Shown here piece by piece: positions 51,245 to 60,000 of a stretch of DNA of 60,000 nt (positions within the stretch are counted from its first letter, which is position 1; each line of letters begins with the position of its first letter). Source of the stretch: Camelus ferus. Lineage: Eukaryota. Location of the stretch: the NCBI RefSeq assembly GCF_009834535.1, contig NC_045696.1, positions 66,776,001 through 66,836,000 on the forward strand, read 5' to 3'. Below the pieces are notes generated by a model. It did no database searches. It was not told the DNA's origin and saw only the letters and a list, made by a program, of their open reading frames with translations. The position numbers and the translations under genes were made by a program.

Positions 51245-51720
51245 CTTACCATTTTGGATATTATAAAACAATGCTGCAATGAAACCTTTGTTTCTGTATA
51301 TGTGTGTGTGTTTGCGTGTATACTTATTTATATATTTTTAATTGTTTTGTGGAAAAAAATTCTAGAAGGGACACTTATGGTCAAAAGGGTAAGTGCCTTT
51401 GAAATTAAATAAATGAGAATGAGCAAATTGCCTTCCAAATTTATCAACTTACACTTCTACCACAAGTGCAAAGATTGACTGTTTCCCAACAATCTCACCA
51501 GCACTGGATATTATCAATTATTTAAATCTTTGCTGATCAGATAGATGATATATTATCTCATTGTTTTATTTCACTTTTTTCTTTTGGTTATTAGAGAGGT
51601 TGAACATTTTATATTTGTTAAACATCTGCAAATCACTTATACTTTCTGACAAAGGGAGAAATTCATCTTTCTCCTATTTAATTTTTAAGTATTTAGTTTA
51701 TTTGCACTACTAAATCTTTC
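51245..51720 (-). mobile_element. Old L1 (L1M-type) fragment
   Basis: ataaaacaatgctgcaatgaa...caaattgccttccaa...atctcaccagcactgg...atctcattgtttt. Confidence 0.7.
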
Positions 51721-51737
51721 TCATGTGTTGTAATTTT

Positions 51738-51893
51738 TTTTTTTAGTTGTTAGAAAAAGTTTTTATTTTTTTAACATTTTTTATTGATTTGTAATCATTT
51801 TACAATGTTGTGTCAAATTCCAGTGTTCAGCACAATTTTTCAGTCATTCATGGACATATACACACTCATTGTCACATTTTTTTCTCTGTAAGT
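51738..51893 (-). mobile_element. Young L1 3' end with perfect 17-bp TSD
   Basis: tttattgatttgtaatcattttacaatgttgtgtcaaattccagtg; TSD tcatgtgttgtaatttt at 51721-51737 and 51894-51910. Confidence 0.9.
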
Positions 51894-54012
51894 TCATGTG
51901 TTGTAATTTTATAAATCTATATTTTATCTTTCTTTTCTATATAAATTTCCCTTTACCTAATCATTTCAGTCTTATCCTTTTCAAACTACTTTTTGCTTTG
52001 CCTATTTTGATTGACTCAAATTTCAAAGCTTAAATAAAAATCATCTTCTCTGTAATATATTATCAGTCTTTCTCTGGCACAATAAATCATTCCTTTTCTA
52101 TGTGCCTTAAAAAAACATATGTCTCAGTACTTTTCATAAGTAATTTTATATACACTTGCTTTCTGCTATATTACGGTCTTCTCAAGGCTGGGGACCATGA
52201 TTTGTTCATCTGTATCACAAATAACACAGCATACAGTAAGCGCTAAAGAAATGCTTGTGCCTCAATCTAGTCTGTACAGTCTACCTGAAATCTTATATAA
52301 ATACTGGGTCATAGAAGATGTAGGGTGTTATGCTAGGTGCTGTGGCCCAAGCCTTCCCAAATACAAACACACTGTCTGCTCTTTTGATATGTGGAGCTGA
52401 GGACTGCATTTATAACTGGATGCTACAATAAAAACTTACAAAAGTGGTTGGTTTTAGATAATTACTACTAAAAGCCCCAGGGAAAAACCCAATTCAACTA
52501 AATAGGGCTTCCATCAAAGTATAAAGAATAAGAAATGCAAAAGTAAGTGTTATGTAGTTTCCATCCATCATTCCAGGAGAACATTTAAGTGTTATCATTA
52601 TCCACTCCTTGAGGACTTGATAGGCATGCTTAGACAGTTTATAAATAAGGTAAAGCAGAGATATAAAGTAATATTATAGGCAACATAAGAAGGAGCCAAT
52701 AAGGATCTTGGAAACATAGCCAAAATTATACATTTTTTTTTTGAGAAATCTCATTCACCATCATTTGCTCATCCAATGTAGTTCATTCTTCAATGACACT
52801 AAAATCATTCTAATGAAGAAAACACACACACTGTCTGAATTCAAATTCCCTTTGTTCATAATCAGAGTGAAACATGATTCCTACTTCATGACTAATTATT
52901 AAGGTGAAGGTTGTTTCATAAACCAATAAAAGTGGGATGCCATTCTCGATTTTAAGATTTTTGTCCTTAATAATCTGACATGTCATTTCTTGTCCACAGA
53001 TTCACATTTCTTGCATAGTGAGAGAATGTTTGGCAGAGATCCCAATTTTTTAAATATTATATGTGAGAGGAAACTGATTTATGGGCAGAGTTTTGGAACT
53101 ATTTAATTATTAACCTATGCACAGAAAAGTGAAAGTATTGCTACCGAGTGATGGAAGGAAAGAGCCTCACGCCACTTGCCGCAGCTTTCAGTTTAGAAGG
53201 ACCAGGAAGCCCAGAGGATCCTAGTTCTCACTTGCCAGACCAGAACCCCAGTTACTGCATCCTGAGCCATTCCGCCATTTTGCCATTCCCACTGCTGAGG
53301 GATATGATCGTTATTTAGTCCCATCTAAGTGGCCTCTGGTCTCATCTCTGTGGCCTCTACACATGGATGTTGAAATGGTCCCACAACAAGGGGAAACTCA
53401 GGATTCATACAGAGCTGCATTTTATTAGCAATGTTTCAGTTCTTCGGAGATAAAAACAGGGCAGCCACAGATAGCCAAGTTTGCTTATTTACTCAAGTTC
53501 ATTCTCATTCCACTTACATATTCCTTTCAATATAGGTGTTCCCAAGTGACCTATTTTGTCTCCTCATTGGCAAAACCCCTTTCCATTTTTTTTTTCCAGT
53601 TTTCCTGAATCACTTCCATCCATCACTCCTTGCAAATGTTTCTATCCTGGTCTTCTTTCCTGATTTCTCATTACCCTCCATCTGACAAACAATTTCAAGT
53701 TCCAGGGTGCTAGTAAGTGATGGTAGAATTCCTAGTTACCAGTGGTGCCCTGTGCTTCTTCAGAGGAGGGAAATTGTGGAGACTCAACAGTATGACTATC
53801 TCATGAGGGAAGAGTGGAGGTTTTCTCACACAGATAAACCTACATTTCATTAAAAAGAGGTACTGGAAGAAAAAGCACAACATTTTCTATCCTGACACAC
53901 CATAAGCAAGGAAGGACTACAGGAGGAAGTTTTGCTGCTGTGAACAGCAGGACAGGAAGGTTTGCTGCTGTGAACGTTCAGAGAATGGCCCCCTGCCTGG
54001 TGATATTCTAGA

Positions 54013-54195
54013 ACTGTGCCACCCAATACACTACCAACTAGCCACATGTGACAGTTTAAACTAACTAAAGTTACAGTTGAGTTCCTCATGGGTACCAGCC
54101 ACATTTCAGGTGTCCAAAGGATACATGTGGTTGCCGGGTTGGACAGCAGGAATATAGAACATTTTCGTCATTGAAAAAAGTTACTTTGGACAGGG
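54013..54195. mobile_element. MER3/MER33-like hAT fossil
   Basis: ccaata...actagccacatgtg...ccagccacatttcaggtg...acatgtggttg...ttggacagc...atagaacatttt...ttggacag. Confidence 0.8.
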
Positions 54196-56045
54196 ATGTC
54201 TTAAAGAGAATGTTTTGACTTTTTAGATAACTTCCAAGTCTCATTTCTTATAACTTAAAAAATTCCTGACGGCCTGCTGTGGGCCAAATGTGCTAACAAA
54301 CACCAGGCTTGACAAAACATGGTGCCTCTTCCGTTTAGAAACAGATAAAGAAACAACTATAATATTCTGTAATAAGCAATGCAACTAGAAATATATCTAG
54401 GTTGCTTCAGAGGAATGGTCTCTAATTCATATTGGTAGAGAATAATGATATGAAATGTTTTCCTGGAGAAGACAAGACAGACTGGCTGTTGAGGGATGGA
54501 TAGGAATTGGCTAGAGAGGAGAGGAAAAACACCAAATGTCCTCAAGGAGAACACTTCTAATAAAATGAAGAAGACACATTAAGAGAACGCTTGCTTCCAC
54601 ATGTGAAAAAAAAATCATAACAGAAATTGCAAATGAAAAGGCTTGATTCTCCATCACAAACCATGTAACTTTTGCTCACTTTTATGAATCCAAGAGTCAG
54701 ATCAGAAAATCTCCAGAGAGAATAATAAAAAAGGTTTTCCTAGGCTGGTGCTACCCATCAATTTAAGAGGTAATATTATTAAATGAGTTGGGGATATCCT
54801 AATTTCTACATCACTGTCAAATTCAAATTTATATAATTATAAATACTTATGTTTAATTGTAATACATTCCAAGGCCTCGAATTACCTGCCCCTCAGATTC
54901 ATCTGTCAGTTTCCATTCACTAGTTCAGGATAATTGAGAACTGTATCCATCTTATAATGGAAGGGGCCAGAGTAGAAATGTATTATTCCCTTATCAATTT
55001 GGTGACCAAAATCAGTGTATTTGCAAAGTTACAACTTTCTATTTTTTTGTTGTTTCCTCTCCTCTCTCCCCACTTCACCTTCTCCCAATTTAAAAAGTAC
55101 AATTTATAATCAAAAAACATATAGTGAAAATTCCAATAAAATTTTACATCAGACAAAAAAGTCAAGGCATACCAAAACATCTTTCATTTGTACCAGTCCT
55201 TCAGATAAAGTAATTTGATACTTTATAGATCTTTTTGTTTCTATTTTCCTTTAAGTTTTTATTTTCTTGCTTTCTACAAAAAAAGCAGTAGGACTTGTGT
55301 GGTAAATGAAAGATTAAAAAAAAAAGGAAAGAAAAGAGAACCCACCAACCAGCATGATACACTGCACAAATACAGGAAATTTCACCTGAACACCTCAGAA
55401 AAGCGTTTTGCTATCATTAACCCATCCACCCCTTAGCTACCTGGGAGGTGTGAGCACCTAAATTCTTGCCATTTTACAGATTAAAACCTGAGGTCTAAAG
55501 TCATGAGGGACTCAGTGGTAATGCCATACACACACACTCACACCAAATCCCTGTTTTATACATTATTTAGCTTCTTTCCTCTTACTCTATCACCAAGTAC
55601 TTAAATCTGAGTGTTTGCATAGATTTTACTTTATCCTCCTTCATTAAAGAAGAATAATTCTATGAGAGAGATAGTCCGCCATAGTGGAAAATGCTTTGGA
55701 TAGGATTCAGATCTTGACTTTGGTTCTGACTGTCTCCATCAGCTGTAAAGCACTGGGCTGGTACCATTCACTGTGAAGTCGGGATAGACATGAGGGACAA
55801 TTCAGATAGAGTGTAAGGCATTATTTCTGACTCCCTTCCTCACATCAGTGGAAACATATGCACCCTAAAGGCAGACCCAGAATCCACAGTTCCTAATTTT
55901 TTCTCTGCTGACCACATTGGCTGGCTTTCCAATGGCCTTGCCCATTCAGAGACACCTGCCTTTTCACATTCCATGGAAGAGACAAGTGTAATAGAGAAGT
56001 GGACAGCATGGCCCACAGATTAAAGAGGAAGTCCACGCCACTCAC

Positions 56046-56178
56046 CCACATGGGGTCAGTCAGGTCCGAGTCCTGCATGCGAATACAGTCCATGCTAATC
56101 TCGATCTTGTTTGTTGTACCATTTTCTGATGGTTCATCCACAAAGTTCAAGTCAATGGGCTGAACTGAACAAATGGGC
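56046..56178 (-). CDS. TP63: Tumor protein p63, exon 3 (TA isoforms)
   Basis: Encodes (Q)[44 protein letters not shown]. 133 bp, CAG acceptor (56181-56179), GTGAGT donor; phase compatible with exon 2 and ends in phase 0. Confidence 0.98.
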
Positions 56179-56284
56179 CTGCCATAAAGGAAAACAAAGG
56201 TGTGTTAGATGTGGAAAGGGACTAAGACACACTCATCCAGTTGGTAACAATGAGCTCTTTCTGCTTCAAAGTTGGCAAAGCTTG

Positions 56285-56420
56285 TTGGTTGGAGTCAGAA
56301 ACCCTAGGTTTGAATCCTGGCTCAACCACTTACCAGATGTATAATCTCTGGCATTCCAACTCTAAGCCCTATTTGTAAACGAGAATCACGATCCTTACCC
56401 TCATCAAAGAAGTGCTGGGT
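56285..56420 (+). mobile_element. MIR in TP63 intron 2
   Basis: ggagtcagaaaccctaggtttgaatcctggctcaaccacttaccag. Confidence 0.65.
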
Positions 56421-56985
56421 GGAACCCAGGGTAGAAAAGTATCAGGGATCTTTCACACCCTCTGCCTTTGGGTCCCCAGTGTTCATGACATTGTTTCGCC
56501 TTCCCCTTAATTTACGCACTTATCCAAACCTGATCTTAAGAAAGGAGATAATAGTCCTTTTCCTAGTAAGGCATAAAGACCAACAAAATTCAGTGTTCCA
56601 CTTTCCCAGAGGGTATTTGCAACATAACAGTAAATGAGAGTCTTTAACCCAGAGGAATGAATTTGAGTATCAGCAAGTCCTTGGGGAAGCTATTTCGGGC
56701 TAGGCTGGAGAGCCCTTCTGATCCTCCAAAATTATACCACCTTGGAATAATAATGATCTTTTGGTGCTGGAAATTTAATAAACCTCCACTGAATTTTGAA
56801 CACAGAGATACTATTGGAGGGAGTAATTTTTTCCCAACAATATAAACTGATTTTTATTGATTCTATAAACATGACCTAGTAAGCAATACTTTGACTATCT
56901 ACCATTACCTATTTATACTAATTCAAGTTCAACTTTTTTCTTTCCTTTTTTTTTTTTTTTTTTTTTTGGCTTATTTGATACTTAC

Positions 56986-57114
56986 TGTTCCAGAAAATCC
57001 CAGATGTGCTGGAAAACCTCTGGACTGAGGAATTCACTTGTCTGTGTGCTCTGGGACATAGTGGATCGGTAATAACTTTCCTTCCAAGAGAAATGGGCTG
57101 GGGTTTCTACAAAC
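56986..57114 (-). CDS. TP63: Tumor protein p63, exon 2 (TA/TA* isoforms); contains the TAp63 start codon at 57059..57057
   Basis: Minus strand reads (G)TTT GTA GAA... = [42 protein letters not shown](Q), the p63 transactivation domain with the FxxxWxxL motif. 129 bp, flanked by a pyrimidine tract + AG acceptor (57116-57115) and a GTAAG donor (56985-56981). Missed by the ORF track. Confidence 0.98.
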
Positions 57115-58149
57115 CTTAAAAGGACAAAAATGAGACTAGGATTATAGTTTCTGCATTTATGATTCTGAGTATTAAAATTAAAGCATACTTGATCAAAAAA
57201 TCAAGTGAATCTTCAAAATCCTGCAGGTATACACAGCAAATTTTACAAGTTACACAATTGATATTTCTCTGGGCAGAGGTAGGGATCCCATTTTGCCATA
57301 AAGTCAGGAAGTCAAGTCTTCTATCAAAGCTCTTTTTTCTTAACTAGTAATGTTATACTTTGCACCTCCATTATCCAACATCTATGTTCTGCAGTTTTCA
57401 TAAAGAAAACAAACATTCCCTCATTAGGTCTGACCGTGAGTCTGACCTATTATTACATCCATTTTATAAATTTTTCAACTGATTATCTTCCCATTTAGCC
57501 TCCAGCAGGTAAGAAGTAAAATCAGCAAACAGAAATTAGTTCAGAAACTTAAGTTTCACCTTCAGCATAATCACCCCACTCGCATAACTACTATCTTAAC
57601 ATCAGGCCCAAGGACAATAAACTCAAAACTCTGGACCCAGAGTTGTTGTTGTTTTTTTTTTTAATCACCAGTTACATACCTTAATGTGTGTGTGGGTGGT
57701 TTTTAATTGGAGTATAGGATTCTATGTTAGGCTAAGGGATAAGCAAACATCTGAATACACTGCAAATGAATGCTATTTCTGTTTGCTTCATCTCATTGGA
57801 GGGTCCTCAAGTTTGTCTTTACTTGAAAAAAAAAAAGTTAACCTTGATCCCTATGCATATGAAGGAAAATATCAGCTTTCTCAGGGGATGCCTTCTCGAA
57901 ATCTGCATTTTATCTGCACGTTTCATCTTAGTATGTGATTCATTGTGATTATCAGCAGACTAATTTTACTCCAAGATGAAATTAGCTAAGCTCTTAATCA
58001 TTACTGTTAATATTACAAAGAGTTAAATGAATAGTGTACTAGGATAGTCAATCATCTCAAATTTACAAATGAATGCTCCAGTCTAGTTACATAATAGAAG
58101 GTAATACCATTGGATTTATTGTAGTGATTTCCAAGCTATATGGAGATGC

Positions 58150-59450
58150 ACATTCATTTACTCAAGTCAGCTATATAGACAGCATCTAATATTTGTCAGG
58201 AAGATCATAGGCGCTGGAAATGCAAAGTGAATAAGACTGTCTCACCCTCTAGAAATTCATGGTATAGAAGGTAAAACAGGAAAACAAATCTTTAATAAAT
58301 GTAGTAAGAGTGTGTGTAACACTATAATGGCACAACAATGAAATATTATCATCTCATAAGATGGACCAAGGAAAGAGCCTTAAATGATGAGAAGAAATTA
58401 GCCAGGCTAGATAAGGACTAATGGTACAGAGACAGCAGTCACAGCATTGTTAGTACAGTGGAAAAATTGGGGGCAGAGAACGCTGGGAGATAAAGCTGGA
58501 GAAGAAAGTATAAACTTGCGTGATATGTTTTTTATAAAAAGCTTAAATACTTCAATACTTCTAGTGAGTATTGAAGAATTTCTTTTTTGCAAGGCATTTT
58601 TAAATGAAGTTTCTCTTTTGAAATAATTATAAATTCACATGTAATAAAAAATAAAGAGAGTATCGATGTACTGATTACTCACTTTTCCCCAGTGGGAAGT
58701 ACCATCTTGTGAAACTATTACAAAATATCATAACCAGAATATTGACATTGATATAATCTATTGATCTTATTTAGAAATTCCCAGCTTTACTGTACTCACT
58801 GTGTGTATATATGTGTATGTGTGTGTGTGTTTTGTTCTACACAATTTTTTAGCACATCCATCTCTACAGTGTTAAAGGATCTGAAACATGAGATTGACAC
58901 AGAATACATTTTACATTGATAAACCCGGAGGTTGTGTGGAGGAAGCATTTAGAGCTTGTTGGTTTGTGGGCAGAATTATTTAGGAGGTTGTTGCACAAGC
59001 CCAGGTAAGACAATAGGATGACAGCAGAAGTGGGGATGGAGAAGACGGAGATAGATTTAATTATTAGTGAAAATGTCACATCAGATATCATTTCTGTTAC
59101 TGACTCAAGCAGAAGGAAGAAGAGAGTCAAGGAGGACTTCAAGTTTCTACTTCTTGGATGGAGTGGTTGGTGATTCCACTAAGTCAGTCAGTAAATACAT
59201 TTGGAAGATCCAGCTTGGAAAGAAAGGAGAGATGAGGGGTTCCAACTTAGCATGGTAACTGTGAAGTACCCATGGGGTATGTAAAAAGTGAAGCGGACAG
59301 TTAAATGAACTTCAAACTCTGGGGACAGAAATGGGCCAGAAGTATAGAAACAGAAATCCTCATGCTAGGATGAAAATAAATCCATGAGAGCAGATACAGT
59401 GACCTATGCAGAGCAGGACCAATGAGGAGTGAGAAAGTTAAGCTGGTGGA
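58150..59450 (-). mobile_element. L2 fragments interrupted by an old L1 3' end (~58595-58860, minus)
   Basis: L2-like cattcatttactca...; gagagtcaaggaggacttcaagtttct...; insert ttttgaaataattataaattcaca...gaaactattacaaaatatcataaccagaatattgacattgata. Confidence 0.65.
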
Positions 59451-60000
59451 GGATGGAAGTAAGAGTGGGCGATGACATCCCTGATGGGCACATCTACAAA
59501 ACCTGCCTGTAATTAGAAGAGCATCTGAAAACCCAATATTTTTAAATTGAAAGAGTACATTAATTTTATTCATTTCTTTTTTGGATTTGGATACCAGACT
59601 TGGTTTACATACTCCCAACTAGTGAGTAGAAAGGAAGTGAGATTTAATGGACCTAATAATACTGACTGAGAGTTGTGAAGAATTTTCCCACGGATGACAC
59701 TTTTGAGTATGTTTGATTTACGTTGCATTTTTTCTTCAAATAAAACAGAAGGGGAAGGAAGTGGGGAAAACAAAAGTAAAAACAATTCCTAGCCAGTGAG
59801 AAAAGTGGAGATGAACAAACGTATGAATTGCTCAAACCCCCAAGTGTAAATAAACCCTCGTGTGGATGGTCATGTACACAGACGCACAAGCACATCCCTA
59901 ATATCCAAAGACCTAAACGCTATGATTGGTACGATGACAGCCAGGCGAGCACTAGAAGGTAAACACAGCAACAGGAAGAATATTCTCAGGGATAACGATG

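Noticed and set aside
55893..56150. 85-aa ORF as a stand-alone gene
   Set aside because: It is part of TP63 exon 3 plus read-through into intron 3.

Overview
AT-rich mammalian genomic DNA holding the 5' part of TP63 on the minus strand. It contains TA-specific exon 2 (57114..56986) and exon 3 (56178..56046), ~38 kb of intron 3, and the internal DeltaNp63 promoter (three CCAAT boxes, GC box, TATA) with its first exon 3' (coding 18105..18064, MLYLENNAQTQFSE). About 18 kb of intron follows towards exon 4, which is not in the window and should lie beyond the left edge. Short tRNA-derived SINEs and the style of the young L1 3' ends suggest a camelid. The rest is intronic sequence with L1, L2, MIR, DNA-transposon fossils and microsatellites; nearly all ORFs in the supplied track are spurious. 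I found no new multi-gene system. The best hypotheses are an in-frame strong-context CUG plus G-quadruplex motif in the DeltaNp63 5'UTR, a 60-nt candidate cryptic/poison exon in the DeltaN intron, and several structurally informative L1 insertions. Repeat family names and cross-species comparisons are from memory, not database searches.
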